Positions 9,588 to 19,246 of a DNA stretch of 64,000 nucleotides are shown here, one piece after another. This stretch comes from Candidatus Aminicenantes bacterium (GTDB lineage Bacteria; Acidobacteriota; Aminicenantia; Aminicenantales; JAFGBC01). Numbering within the stretch: position 1 is the first letter of the stretch; the number at the start of each line of letters is the position of its first letter. The notes under the pieces were generated by a model. It did no database searches and was not told the origin of the DNA. It saw only the letters and a program-made list of their open reading frames with translations. The stretch is from assembly GCA_963702005.1 (NCBI GenBank), contig OY969696.1, positions 2,208,001 to 2,272,000 on the forward strand. Direction: 5' to 3'. The translations under genes and the position numbers were made by a program.

Positions 9588-10043
9588 CTATTTCAGGATG
9601 TCCTCTTCCCCTCTCTGTGCCTTTGCCAATTGCAGGTACTTCTTCGCCGATATGATTGCCAGAATTGCGGCGATCAGGTTCGCTCCAATACAGACCAGCA
9701 TCAAGATCGCCTCTGCGCGGAATCCTTCATAGAACTGCAGAGAATAGACGGCAAGTTGGAACACCATGAAGTCATGTAGAAATAAGAGGAGCGCCCCAAG
9801 ATAAAGGGGGCCGCTGAGCATTCTGACGCCGCGCCGGCTCAGAATGACAACGGCCAGCAAAACAACGACCGCAACCAATTGGATTGCAAAAAATATCTTG
9901 GAAGAAGAATCGACGCGGTCGGCAATCGCCTCAGGATGCGCGGCCAGTCGAGGCACGAACAAGAGAGCCCACAAAGCGGCCACTCCGATTGCGATTGCGG
10001 TTGCGGTATAGACCATGCGCCGCGAAGTGGTTTCTTTGTCCAT
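9588..10043 (-). CDS. Hypothetical 4-TM membrane protein
   Basis: GGAGG SD, about 151 aa, four hydrophobic segments. Confidence 0.7.
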   Translation of the reverse strand: MDKETTSRRMVYTATAIAIGVAALWALLFVPRLAAHPEAIADRVDSSSKIFFAIQLVAVVVLLAVVILSRRGVRMLSGPLYLGALLLFLHDFMVFQLAVYSLQFYEGFRAEAILMLVCIGANLIAAILAIISAKKYLQLAKAQRGEEDILK

Positions 10044-10116
10044 CACAGATACCTCCTTCCAATGCTGATCACTAGTTTATATCAGAATGCTTGACAACAA
10101 AATAGGGGGGGGGATG

Positions 10117-10162
10117 TGGCGTGCCTGAGAGGATTCGAACCTCCGACCTTTGGATCCGGAGG
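10117..10162 (-). repeat. 3' half of a tRNA-Arg(CCG)-like gene (att-like fragment)
   Basis: Minus strand reads CCTCCGGATCCAAAGGTCGGAGGTTCGAATCCTCTCAGGCACGCCA: anticodon loop CT-CCG-GA, T-arm and CCA. No 5' half is present. Confidence 0.8.
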
Positions 10163-10204
10163 CTCCCGGTGCTCTGGCACGAACGGGGATCCGGGCCCGG
10201 GCAT

Positions 10205-10483
10205 TCAGTTTGTCGGCTTGGTGTCCGGCAGGTCCTTGCCCGCTTTCTTCATGTATCTCCGGCCTTCCTCGTAGATGTCAAAATCCTCTTTCCTGTCCAG
10301 GCGCACCTTTTTCCTCTGTCCATCGTCGGTCTGGAAAATTACAAGATATGCGTGCTTGGAGAGAGTGCAGGTCTTCTTGGCCTCGACGGTCCCCGACCAT
10401 TCCTTGCGGCGATCCCTTTTTCTCCTAACCCAGGGTAAGAAAACGAGCCCGTCACCCAGGAGTTCAAGTATGAAATCAATCAT
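10205..10483 (-). CDS. Small hypothetical protein (DUF2500/OB-like, basic)
   Basis: 92-aa ORF with an AGAAGGAGG SD; family assignment is tentative. Confidence 0.6.
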   Translation of the reverse strand: MIDFILELLGDGLVFLPWVRRKRDRRKEWSGTVEAKKTCTLSKHAYLVIFQTDDGQRKKVRLDRKEDFDIYEEGRRYMKKAGKDLPDTKPTN

Positions 10484-10560
10484 TTCGAACCCTCCTTCTC
10501 ATCCGCCCCTCACCAGTCTCGGGGCAGGGTCTCCGCCCGCCGGACCTACCTTCCCGTTGC

Positions 10561-11385
10561 TTATTTTAGCGTCAGCCCGATCCTCTTTTTATCTTTCGCC
10601 CAATAAATATAGAGCGCTTTGCCTTTTACATTGGCGAGAGGGAGAGTTCCCCAGTAGCGGCTGTCGTAGCTATTGTCGCGATTATCTCCGAGAACGAAAC
10701 AATGGCCAGCGGGCATCTTAAGCGGGCCGAAGTTGTCCCGGCTGTTGTCTATGACGATATCCTCGTGGACCTTGTATGATTCCTGGAGGGGTTCGTTACC
10801 GATAAAGACTTGCTTATTTTTTATTTCGACCGTTTCGCCTTCAAGAGCGATGACACGCATGAGAAATTGCTTTGTGGGATCTCGAGGATACTCGAAAACG
10901 ACTAAATCCCCCCGCTTAGGCGCCTGGTCGCTAAAGCCTTTTGGGTCCGTCATCAAGAAATCGTCTTTTTGAAGAGTCGGCATCATGGAGGCCGAAGGAA
11001 ACTTGTACGGTGAGACGCCTAGAGACGTCATCCAAATCCTTGCCGGAACGAAAATCTTCAAGCCGAGTGAAAGAATGATAAAGAACGCATAGACGAGAGG
11101 CGTTTGATATTTCCTAAGCCCCGTCTCCTTGGTCCGGCGCGCCTGGACAAAAGCGTGGATGATAGTGAACAACCAGAAAACAAAGACGGCTAGGACGAGC
11201 GCCATGAACCCGCTAAAATGGCGCGGCCAGCCGGCCAATCCCCAAAGAAAAGGTAGGGCGACAGAGAAGACAAAGAATATAATTCCAAGGACACCTTTCC
11301 CGTTATAGATCTGTCCGAGACCAGGAACGAGCAAAGACAGAAGGGCGGCGATGAACGGATTCCTTTTTTTCTTTTCGGCGGTCAT
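10561..11385 (-). CDS. lepB: Signal peptidase I paralog with extra N-terminal TM domain
   Basis: 'PSASMMPTL', 'FVLGDNRDNSYDSRYWG'; N-terminal 'LSLLVPGLGQIYNG' membrane domain. Confidence 0.85.
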   Translation of the reverse strand: MTAEKKKRNPFIAALLSLLVPGLGQIYNGKGVLGIIFFVFSVALPFLWGLAGWPRHFSGFMALVLAVFVFWLFTIIHAFVQARRTKETGLRKYQTPLVYAFFIILSLGLKIFVPARIWMTSLGVSPYKFPSASMMPTLQKDDFLMTDPKGFSDQAPKRGDLVVFEYPRDPTKQFLMRVIALEGETVEIKNKQVFIGNEPLQESYKVHEDIVIDNSRDNFGPLKMPAGHCFVLGDNRDNSYDSRYWGTLPLANVKGKALYIYWAKDKKRIGLTLK

Positions 11386-11638
11386 GATTCCCTCCCTACG
11401 TTCGTTGATTTCTTGGTTTCTTTTCCCCCCGGGGACCCGCGAGCCCAGCTCATCGCAGCGTTCTCTATATCGCGCAGAAAGGAAAAGAAATTGACCTCTG
11501 GCACGGGATGGCTTTCCCTCCCATTAAGCCCGGGACCCCTCTCCCTCGGTACGAAAAGATGATATTCCCAAGCTTGATTCTATGTCAAGGACCAGTATGG
11601 AGAACGACTGAGTTATCATAAGTTCGGGGCCTTAAGAT

Positions 11639-11782
11639 TGACCTGCCACCCCTTAAACCGATCCAGGCATAATGAGAAAAACCTGGGAGAAAGGAGCCTT
11701 AATGGGCAGGGTATGGTTCACTCCGGAACAAATCATTGAAAAGCTCCGTGAGGCCGAAGTCCTCAGATCTATCGAAATCTAG
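11639..11782 (+). mobile_element. IS3-family left-end remnant with truncated orfA
   Basis: TG-starting terminus TGACCTGCCACCCC..., SD AAAGGAG, and ORF 11702-11782 MGRVWFTPEQIIEKLREAEVL, typical of IS3/IS407 OrfA. Confidence 0.7.
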
Positions 11783-11905
11783 ACTCCGCCCCATGTCACA
11801 AATATGTCACAGATTGTGCCTAAACTCGCTTAACTTAGCCTAACGGAACCTAAATAGGAAAAAGCCTAACTTTCTTATTCACCAGGGGAAAACAGGGAGA
11901 ACAGG
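11781..11905. repeat. Putative integrase arm region, copy 2
   Basis: AGACTCCGCC...TGTCACA-aata-TGTCACA (11794-11811); same spacing to the tRNA CCA as copy 1 (94 vs 93 nt). Confidence 0.65.
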
Positions 11906-11954
11906 TGGGGTGAGTGAGGGGTCTCGAACCCCCAACCTTCGGATCCACAGTCCG
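11906..11954 (-). repeat. att-like 49-bp direct repeat of the tRNA-His 3' half
   Basis: Identical to 16851-16899, including the anticodon arm. Confidence 0.9.
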
Positions 11955-12456
11955 GGAAGTGCGCGCCCCATTCGGTTTTCAATCGACCGTGAACAAAAGG
12001 CTTCCCAGCCGGACGGGATCCTTCTCGTGCATCGCGGCACGCCGGTTGGATCTATTAAGTTATGATAAGGCTGGGAAAAGGAGGCAAGCCGTGAAGCGGA
12101 AAGGCGTCGTCTTCCTAGCTTCCTTCGATTTGTTGTTCATAGTGCTGAGTGTCTTGCTCTACGGGTCTTTCGCTCCCGCCGATCAAGTCGGCTCGCTGCT
12201 GGTAACAAACAACAGCGACCTGGTCAACAGGGATACGTCCAGCCCGGACACGCTGGTCGCCAACCCGGGGCCCGACGGCATCTCACTCCGGGAGGACATG
12301 CTCGCGGCCGCGGGCGCTACGACATCCCTCGCAATTAGCTTCACCCCGTCTTTGAGGGTGGACTGACCCCCAAAAATTGAACCACCCCGAGTGCTAAATA
12401 TTAGGATGCTATAATAGACATCATCAGCCGGGAGAAGGCCTTTAAAGGAGGCTCTG

Positions 12457-12768
12457 ATGGTGTCCGAGAAACACGGCAAACGGTACACGGCGCGGTTCAA
12501 GTTCCAGGTGGTGATGGAAATCTTAAGCGGGGCCAAGGCCATCGGACAGATCGCGCGGTCCTATGGCGTTCATCCGGTGACTCTCAGCCATTGGAAGAAA
12601 GAGTTCATCGAAAAAGGGCCGGAGATCTTCTCCCAGCACACCACGATCCAGGAGTACGAGAAACGGATCGAGGACTTGGAACGGTTAATCGGCCATAAAG
12701 AAGTGGAGATCGCGCTCCTAAAAAATTTCATGGCCGGGAGCTCACCCCGGGGGAAAAAGTTGAGCTGA
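12457..12768 (+). CDS. IS3 transposase OrfA (HTH)
   Basis: 'KRYTARFKFQVVMEIL...IARSYGVHPVTLSHWKK' plus a leucine-zipper region. Confidence 0.9.
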   Translation: MVSEKHGKRYTARFKFQVVMEILSGAKAIGQIARSYGVHPVTLSHWKKEFIEKGPEIFSQHTTIQEYEKRIEDLERLIGHKEVEIALLKNFMAGSSPRGKKLS

Positions 12769-13637
12769 CGCGGGCGTTTAAGGACGACTATGGGCTGAAC
12801 AGAGTCTTGGCGGCTCTGGGGCTTTCGAAAGGGACTTGGCATTATGCCCAGACGAGACCGAGTTATGAAGAGAAGCATGTCGGGCTGAGGAAACCGTTGC
12901 TCGAGATTGCCAGAACCCATCCGGAATACGGATACCGGAGGACGAGTGCCGAGCTCCGGGATCGAGGAATCCAGGTCAATCGGAAAGTCGTGGCGCGTCT
13001 GCATGGGACCTGGGATTTAGCCGTGATTCGACGGGTGAGGAAGCCGAAAACAAGCTCCCTGGCAAAGCTTCTTAAAGACACCGGGTCTAAGATCAATCTC
13101 GTGGCCGGCCTGACCGAGATCGATGATTTTGAGGTCGTCTATACGGATTTTACGGAGCTGCTCTACCGGAGAGGCCGGGCGAAAGCCCAGCTGATGCCGT
13201 TCGTGGATCATTCGAGCAAACTCGTTTTAGGCCACGCCCTGGGAGAGGCGGATAATACGGAGTTGGCCCTGGACGCCTGGCGCAAGGCGAAGACGACGCT
13301 CCGAAGATACGGACGGACAACGGAAGGGCTGATCGTTCATCATGATCAGGATGGTGTTTATTTAGGCCATGGCTGGCTCCGTGAGCTTGCCGTCCAGGAT
13401 AAAGTGCGCGTTTCCTATTCGGAAAACGGGGCCAAGGGCAACGTCCACATGGAGTCGTTCAATTCCCGATTCAAAGCCGAGAATCGGCTGTTGTTTTGGG
13501 AACAGGAAGATCTCCCTTCATTGAAAAAGGTTGTCGGGCAGCGGATCCGGTACTATAATCACGTTCGTCGACACTCGGCGTTGGGTTACCAATCGCCGAT
13601 TCGATATCTCAAAGAAAAGGGCCGAAGACCCGGCTGA
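12765..13637 (+). CDS. IS3 transposase OrfB (DDE/rve), likely reached by -1 frameshift
   Basis: 'YGYRR', 'TDFT', 'HHDQDG', 'MESFNSRFKAE', 'YYNHVRRHSALGYQSP'; A-run slippery candidates near 12720 and 12754. Start approximate. Confidence 0.9.
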   Translation: MTRAFKDDYGLNRVLAALGLSKGTWHYAQTRPSYEEKHVGLRKPLLEIARTHPEYGYRRTSAELRDRGIQVNRKVVARLHGTWDLAVIRRVRKPKTSSLAKLLKDTGSKINLVAGLTEIDDFEVVYTDFTELLYRRGRAKAQLMPFVDHSSKLVLGHALGEADNTELALDAWRKAKTTLRRYGRTTEGLIVHHDQDGVYLGHGWLRELAVQDKVRVSYSENGAKGNVHMESFNSRFKAENRLLFWEQEDLPSLKKVVGQRIRYYNHVRRHSALGYQSPIRYLKEKGRRPG

Positions 13638-13904
13638 GATGTTAGCGGAATTTAGCCCTCTAAGTGGTTCGAAAAATGGGGGTCATGTCCGGGCCCCAAG
13701 ATCTCAATCTCAGATAGGCTGCCGCGCATCACGGGGGGCAGCTTGAAGATCACGGGCGACATTAACGCCGACGGCACGTCGGACATCTCGCTCGACGGCG
13801 GGAAGAAAGCCGCGGAAGCGAATTCTAAGGATCTTTCAGAATCCAAACATCTCCCACTATCACCAACATGTCGCAAATTCGGTTGAAAAGCGCGTAAACT
13901 ACGT

Positions 13905-14030
13905 CATTGAAATCGATGCCTCTTTCGACGAGTTGGGCTGCAAACGTGTGCCGTAGGTCATGAAATCGAAGGCCCCTGATCCCAGCTCTACGTGTGGTTG
14001 CGTTGAAAGCCGTCTTGACATCAAGGGGCC
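13905..14030 (-). pseudogene. Tyrosine recombinase/integrase fragment
   Basis: Reads '[38 protein letters not shown]' (H-x-x-R box). The N-terminus and catalytic Tyr region are missing. Confidence 0.8.
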
Positions 14031-14043
14031 GCGGTTCTATCCT
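14015..14043 (+). promoter_or_regulatory. Sigma70-type promoter for the kinase gene
   Basis: TTGACA-17 bp-TATCCT. Confidence 0.55.
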
Positions 14044-14071
14044 CTGGGCAGACAAGGACTGGGATGGGCGC

Positions 14072-16750
14072 ATGATCGGCCAGCTCGTTTCCCACTACCG
14101 GATCCTGGAGAAGCTCGGCGGCGGAGGCATGGGCGTCGTCTACAAGGCCGAAGACACCAGGCTCAAGCGCGCGGTCGCCCTGAAGTTCCTGCCCGAGGAG
14201 TCGCTCCAAGAGCCGCACGCCCTGGAGCGCTTCGAGCGGGAGGCCCAGGCCGCATCGGCCCTGAACCACCCGGGGATCTGCACCATTTTCGATATCGACC
14301 AACACCAGGGACGCCATTTCATCGCCATGGAGCTACTCGAGGGCCGGACCCTGAAGCGGCGCATCCTCGGCCAGCCGGTCCCGGCCGACGAGATCATCAA
14401 TCTAGCTATCCAGATCGCCGACGCCCTCGACGCCGCCCACGGCAAGGGCATCATCCATCGGGACATCAAGCCGGACAACATCTTCGTCACCGATCGCGGC
14501 CTAGCCAAGATCCTCGATTTCGGCCTGGCCAAAACGATGCCGCGAGAAACGGCTGCCGCGGGCTCGGCCGGCCCGACCGTCACCGCCCCGGAGCCGCTGA
14601 CCGGAGCCGGCGCGGCGGTCGGGACGGTGGCTTATATGTCCCCGGAGCAGGCCCGGGGCGAGCCGCTTGATGCCCGCACCGATCTTTTTTCCTTAGGCGT
14701 CGTGCTCTACGAAATGGCGACAGGTCGGCAGGCCTTTACTGGCTCCACCTCGGCCGTCATCTTCGACGCCATCCTTCATAAAGCCCCGACATCTCCCGTC
14801 CGGCTGAACCCGGATGTCCCGCCCGAGCTGGAGCGGATCATCAACAAGGCCCTGGAGAAAGAACGGCGGTTGCGCTACCAGAGCGCGGCCGAGATCCGGG
14901 CCGATCTCGAGCGGCTGAAACGGGATTCCACCTCGGCGCGCATAGCCGCCTTTGAAGACCAAGCGGCGCCATCGGCAGGCCCCATCGCCTCGGGGCGTAA
15001 GAGACGCCGATGGATCCCTTGGGCCGCGGGGGCAGTCGCCGTGCTCGTCTTAGCCGCGGCCGGCATGCTTCTCCTAATGGGGCATAAAAAGCCCTCCGAA
15101 ACAGCCGTTCCCCAAGTGGCCAACGCTGTCAAAGTGACCACCGCCATGGGTGCCAAGGACTGCCCAAGCTGGTCTCCGGACGGCCGCATGCTGGTCTACC
15201 AGTCCGACCAAGCAGGGAACTGGGACATCTGGGTCACCCAGGTCGGGACGAGCCAGGCCGTCAACCGGACGGCCGACAGCCCGGCCAACGAGATGAATCC
15301 CACCTGGTCGCCGGATGGTCAGTGGATCGCCTTCTTTTCGGACCGGACCGAACGCGGCTACTACGTCATGCCCGGGATCGGCGGCAAGGCCCATCGGATC
15401 GCCTCTTTGGAGTTTGCCGATGCCTATCCGACGGCGGCCCAATGGTCTCCGGACAGTACTCATCTGGCCTATGCCCTGCGCCAGCGCGTCGAACCCTACA
15501 TCGAGATCCTGACCGTGGCCAGTGGCCAATCCAAGAGGCTGACGCTTCCGAACCGGGCCCGCAACAATTCCATCATCGACATGAGCTGGTCGCCCGACGG
15601 GCGCTGGCTCGCCTATGCCCGGGCCATTAGCCCCATCGCAGCGACCGCCGAACTGTGGCTGACGCACACGACCGACGAGAAGAGCTTCCAGCTGACCGAC
15701 GGGACCTTGAGGGATACCAGCCCGACCTGGTCTCCGGACGGCCGCGAGCTCTATTTCATCTCCAATCGCGGCGGGACGCCTGACCTCTGGCGGTTCGCGA
15801 TTGGCGGCCAGGGACTGCCGGAGGGGCCGCCGCGGCAGATCACGGCCGGCATCGAGATGACCCATGCCGTCATAGCCCCGGGCGGACGGACGTTGGCCTA
15901 TTCCAAAGGCCGGACGGTCCGCAACGCGTTCCGGGCCCCCCTCCCGGCGGGCCGGCCGATCACCTGGACGGACGCCACCCAGCTGACCTTCGACGAAGCG
16001 GAGATCGAGTCCGTCGAAGTCTCAAAGGACGGACGGATCCTGGTCAGCTCGGACAGATCGGGAAACTGGGACATCTACCTGCTGTCCCCGGACTCGGGCG
16101 ATCTGCAACAACTGACGACCGATCCGGGAGTGGATGCGGGCCCGCGCTGGAAGCCCGACGGCAGCGAGATCGCGTTCTACTCGTCGAGAACGGGCCATCG
16201 GGAAATATGGCTCATGCCCGTGGGCGGCGGCCCGGCGCGGCAACTCACCCACGGCGAGGTCGAGAGTTTCAACCCGGCTTGGTCCCCCGACGGGAAGTCC
16301 ATCACCATGGAGAGCGGGGGCATTTTGATCCTCGACCCTCAAAGCCTCAAGGTGAGGAACTTAACCGACAAAGAAACCAATTGCCACCCGGACTGGTCCC
16401 CTGACGGGCGCTGGGTGGCCTTCAGTGAAAAGGGCAACCAAGGGTGGCAGATTTTTCGCATCGCAGCCTCCGGTGGGCTGGTCGAGCAGCTGACACGAGG
16501 AGGAGGCTGGACGCCCCGTTGGTCCCCCGACGGGAAGCGGATCTACATGATCGGCACCGGAAGCCGGAGGAATGCCATCTGGGCCCTATCACTCGAGAGC
16601 CGGGAGGAATGGCCGGTGACAGCATTGACCGGCCGGCGCGGCGCGCTGGGATATAACGGCCTAGCCGTCGACGGCCGGTTCCTCTATTTCACCTGGGAAG
16701 AGGTGCGCAGCGACATCTGGGTCGCCGATATCGTCCGGCCGGTGAAGTGA
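14072..16750 (+). CDS. Hanks-type Ser/Thr protein kinase with TM helix and TolB-like (PD40) beta-propeller
   Basis: [30 protein letters not shown]; many WSPDG repeats; ATG at 14072 (MIGQLVSHY). Confidence 0.95.
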   Translation: MIGQLVSHYRILEKLGGGGMGVVYKAEDTRLKRAVALKFLPEESLQEPHALERFEREAQAASALNHPGICTIFDIDQHQGRHFIAMELLEGRTLKRRILGQPVPADEIINLAIQIADALDAAHGKGIIHRDIKPDNIFVTDRGLAKILDFGLAKTMPRETAAAGSAGPTVTAPEPLTGAGAAVGTVAYMSPEQARGEPLDARTDLFSLGVVLYEMATGRQAFTGSTSAVIFDAILHKAPTSPVRLNPDVPPELERIINKALEKERRLRYQSAAEIRADLERLKRDSTSARIAAFEDQAAPSAGPIASGRKRRRWIPWAAGAVAVLVLAAAGMLLLMGHKKPSETAVPQVANAVKVTTAMGAKDCPSWSPDGRMLVYQSDQAGNWDIWVTQVGTSQAVNRTADSPANEMNPTWSPDGQWIAFFSDRTERGYYVMPGIGGKAHRIASLEFADAYPTAAQWSPDSTHLAYALRQRVEPYIEILTVASGQSKRLTLPNRARNNSIIDMSWSPDGRWLAYARAISPIAATAELWLTHTTDEKSFQLTDGTLRDTSPTWSPDGRELYFISNRGGTPDLWRFAIGGQGLPEGPPRQITAGIEMTHAVIAPGGRTLAYSKGRTVRNAFRAPLPAGRPITWTDATQLTFDEAEIESVEVSKDGRILVSSDRSGNWDIYLLSPDSGDLQQLTTDPGVDAGPRWKPDGSEIAFYSSRTGHREIWLMPVGGGPARQLTHGEVESFNPAWSPDGKSITMESGGILILDPQSLKVRNLTDKETNCHPDWSPDGRWVAFSEKGNQGWQIFRIAASGGLVEQLTRGGGWTPRWSPDGKRIYMIGTGSRRNAIWALSLESREEWPVTALTGRRGALGYNGLAVDGRFLYFTWEEVRSDIWVADIVRPVK

Positions 16751-16850
16751 CCGCCTGTCCGTTTTTCTTAACAAGAGTTCAATTAATCCAAAATGATTTG
16801 TATAAGGAGATTCTCTTATCAGGCTAACTGATTGAATATTGAGGGAACAG

Positions 16851-16928
16851 TGGGGTGAGTGAGGGGTCTCGAACCCCCAACCTTCGGATCCACAGTCCGA
16901 TGCTCTAACCAATTGAGCTACACTCACC
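16851..16928 (-). tRNA. tRNA-His(GTG)
   Basis: GGTGAGTGTAGCTCAATTGGTTAGAGCATCGGACTGTGGATCCGAAGGTTGGGGGTTCGAGACCCCTCACTCACCCCA; G-1:C73, GTG anticodon, encoded CCA; upstream TTGACA-17-GAAAAT. Confidence 0.97.
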
Positions 16929-17074
16929 GTCCCTTCGGAGGCGTATGATTTTCTCATCTCGTCGCCCCATTGTCAATACTGGCTCCAACTCGTTTTATAT
17001 CAATCAATTATGGTAAATTTCGGCCTCCCAAAAAAGGCTTAATACCCAAGTCCGGAAGGGCCGGCCCGGCTTGA

Positions 17075-17989
17075 CTATCGTTTCTGGCCCTCGATGAGGT
17101 CGAGGACGTCGGCCGAATCGCGCCAGCGGGGCCGGACCTTGACCTGGAGGTCGAGATAGATCCGGGTCTTGAGGATGTCCTCGATCTCCCGGCGGGCCTC
17201 GCTCCCGATCGCTTTGAGAAGCTGGGCGTGGCGGCCGATGACGATTTTGCGTTGGGAGTCCTTTTCGACGAGGATGCTTGCTTGGAGGTAGATGACGGGC
17301 GGGCGGGGGGCTTGTCCTTCCGGCGTCTCGGCGCTGCGTTCCTCGATCTGCTCGAGGAGGACGGCCGTCACGAAAGGCAGCTCCTGTTCGACGCGCGCGA
17401 GGAGTTTCTCGCGGATGATTTCGGCCAAGAAGAACCGTTGAGACTGGTCTGTGATCTCGTCGGCTGCATAAAGCCGGTCCGCTTCGGGGAGAGCGTGGTA
17501 GAGGCAGTCCTCGAGCCGGTCGAGGTTGATCCCCTTGAGGGCCGAGATGGGGATGATCTCCTTGAAGGCCAGGAGGTCCTTGTAGCGGTCGATGAGGGGG
17601 AGGAGCTTGTCTTTCCGGATCAGGTCGACCTTGTTGAGGAGGAGGAATAGGGGCTTGGAGACGTCCTTGAGGATCTCCAGGGCGTAGGCGTCCCCGTGGC
17701 CGAAAGGCTGGGCGGCGTCGACGAGAAGGCAGACCAGGTCCGCCGTCTGGAGGGAGGTGAAGACAAAGTTCATCATCCGGCGGTTGAGGCCGTGCAGGGG
17801 TTTGTGGATGCCGGGGTTGTCGATGAAGACGATCTGTCCCCGGTCGCCGGTCTTGATGCCCAGGATGCTGATGCGGGTCGTCTGGGGTTTATCCGAGACG
17901 ATGGCGACCTTGCGGCCCAGGATCCGGTTGAGGAGGGTCGACTTTCCCGCGTTGGGCCGGCCGACCAGGGCGACGGTCCCCGAGTTCAT
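17075..17989 (-). CDS. era: GTPase Era
   Basis: GRPNAGKST, PQTTR, DNPG, NKVD and a KH domain. Confidence 0.95.
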   Translation of the reverse strand: MNSGTVALVGRPNAGKSTLLNRILGRKVAIVSDKPQTTRISILGIKTGDRGQIVFIDNPGIHKPLHGLNRRMMNFVFTSLQTADLVCLLVDAAQPFGHGDAYALEILKDVSKPLFLLLNKVDLIRKDKLLPLIDRYKDLLAFKEIIPISALKGINLDRLEDCLYHALPEADRLYAADEITDQSQRFFLAEIIREKLLARVEQELPFVTAVLLEQIEERSAETPEGQAPRPPVIYLQASILVEKDSQRKIVIGRHAQLLKAIGSEARREIEDILKTRIYLDLQVKVRPRWRDSADVLDLIEGQKR

Positions 17990-19245
17990 GGGCGGGACCC
18001 GTCCTGCCCCCCGGCCGACTCCCGGACCCGGAGTTTCTTGACGCGTTTGGGATCGACATCGAGGACCTCGAAGCTGAGGCCCTTGATAACAACCGTCTCG
18101 CCCTTGCGGGGGAGCCGGCCCAGGTGGTGGGTGACGAGGCCGCCTGCGGTGAGGAAGTCGTCCTCGGCCAGATCGCGCTCGAAGCGGTCCTCGAGCTCCT
18201 CGACTTCGACCTCGCCGGAGAGGGTGAAGTCCCGAGGCCCGTTCTCGACGATCCGGGGCTCCTCGAGGTCATACTCGTCCTGGATCTCGCCGACGATCTC
18301 CTCGACGAGGTCCTCCATGGTCACCAGCCCCGACACCCCGCCGTGCTCGTCGACGACGATGGCCAGCTTGACCTTGGCCCGCTTAAATTCCTTGAGGAGG
18401 GCCGAGACCTCCATGGATTCGGGAACGAAAATAACGGGACGGAGCAGGCCCTCGATGGGCAGGTTTTTATGCGAGGGGTCGGCGTATTCGAGGAGATCCT
18501 TGGCGATGACGATGCCTTCGATGTTGTCGATGCGATCCTTGTAGACGGGAATCCGCGAATACTGCTCCTTGATGATGAGCTCGCGGAGCCGTCCGATCGT
18601 CGTGTCCTTCCGGATGCAGACCATCTTGACCCGGGGCGTCATGATCTCCCGGACGAGCGTGCCGCCGAACTCGACGACGCCGCGCAGGAGACCCTCTTCC
18701 TCTTTTTCGATGATGCCTTCTTCCTGGGCCTCGTCGAGGAAGGTCTCGATGGCATCCTCGGTCGCCGCCTCGCGCGGCTCGTCCGCCTCCACCTTTTCCT
18801 CCTCCCCCCGCTCCTGGAGGCGGCGGGAAAGGAAGGTCAAGGGCGAGCTCAGGGCGAGGAGGGGGCCGAGGACGGGAAGGATCGATCCCAGGAGGCGGCC
18901 CCGGCTCAGGGCGTTGATGAGGCGGGGAACGTATTCAAAAATAAGGAGATAGCCGGCCAGGGCGGTCAGCATCGGGCCCGCCGGCCAGAACCGGCCGCGC
19001 CGGAAGACGAAGAATAATAAAAGGCCCGAAGCCAGGATGGACAGGATACGCAGAATCTCGACCGCGATCCGGAGATCGTCGAAGCGGTCGATCATCCGCT
19101 GGCGGAATTCCTTTTTCCGGTCCTCGAGGATTCCGCTGAAAGCGATCTTGGAGATCGCGTTCAGGGAGACATGGAGGAGGGACAGGAGGAAGGCGGCCAA
19201 CCCGCATACGGCCAATCCCATTCCGGCCAGCCAGGCAGCCCTCAT
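17986..19245 (-). CDS. Hemolysin/CNNM-CBS-CorC family membrane protein
   Basis: TM region, 'VREIMTPR', 'YSRIPVY', 'VVDEHGGVSGLVTMEDLVEEIVGEI'; start set at MRAAWL. Confidence 0.9.
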   Translation of the reverse strand: MRAAWLAGMGLAVCGLAAFLLSLLHVSLNAISKIAFSGILEDRKKEFRQRMIDRFDDLRIAVEILRILSILASGLLLFFVFRRGRFWPAGPMLTALAGYLLIFEYVPRLINALSRGRLLGSILPVLGPLLALSSPLTFLSRRLQERGEEEKVEADEPREAATEDAIETFLDEAQEEGIIEKEEEGLLRGVVEFGGTLVREIMTPRVKMVCIRKDTTIGRLRELIIKEQYSRIPVYKDRIDNIEGIVIAKDLLEYADPSHKNLPIEGLLRPVIFVPESMEVSALLKEFKRAKVKLAIVVDEHGGVSGLVTMEDLVEEIVGEIQDEYDLEEPRIVENGPRDFTLSGEVEVEELEDRFERDLAEDDFLTAGGLVTHHLGRLPRKGETVVIKGLSFEVLDVDPKRVKKLRVRESAGGQDGSRP

Positions 19246-19246
19246 C

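Larger units (their letters stand above)
12359..13691 (+). mobile_element. IS3-family insertion sequence (~1.33 kb)
   Basis: Terminal IRs TGGACTGACCCCCAAAAATTGAACCAC and GTGGTTCGAAAAATGGGGGTCATGTCCG; overlapping orfA/orfB. Confidence 0.9.
12091..13887 (+). pseudogene. Secreted CSLREA-like protein fragment interrupted by IS3
   Basis: GTG start, signal-like N-terminus, 'GPDGISLREDMLAA...ISFTPSLR' before the IS and 'GPKISISDRLPRITGGSLKITGDINADGTSDISLDGG' after it, then early truncation. Confidence 0.55.
6802..16850. mobile_element. Composite integrative island / tandem cassette array at the tRNA-His 3' end
   Basis: Bounded by intact tRNA-His and a 34-bp copy of its 3' end. Contains internal tRNA fragments, an integrase remnant, IS3 elements and AT-richer spacers. 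Confidence 0.75.

Noticed and set aside
6802-11954. tRNA fragments as functional tRNA genes, split tRNAs or CRISPR repeats
   Set aside because: They lack 5' halves/D-arms, their spacing is 0.55-5 kb and irregular, and no cas genes are present. att-site remnants are the simpler explanation.
15160-16540. Recurring TGGTC(N)CC(N)GA(C/T)GG words
   Set aside because: Coding repeats for WSPDG (PD40) propeller blades.
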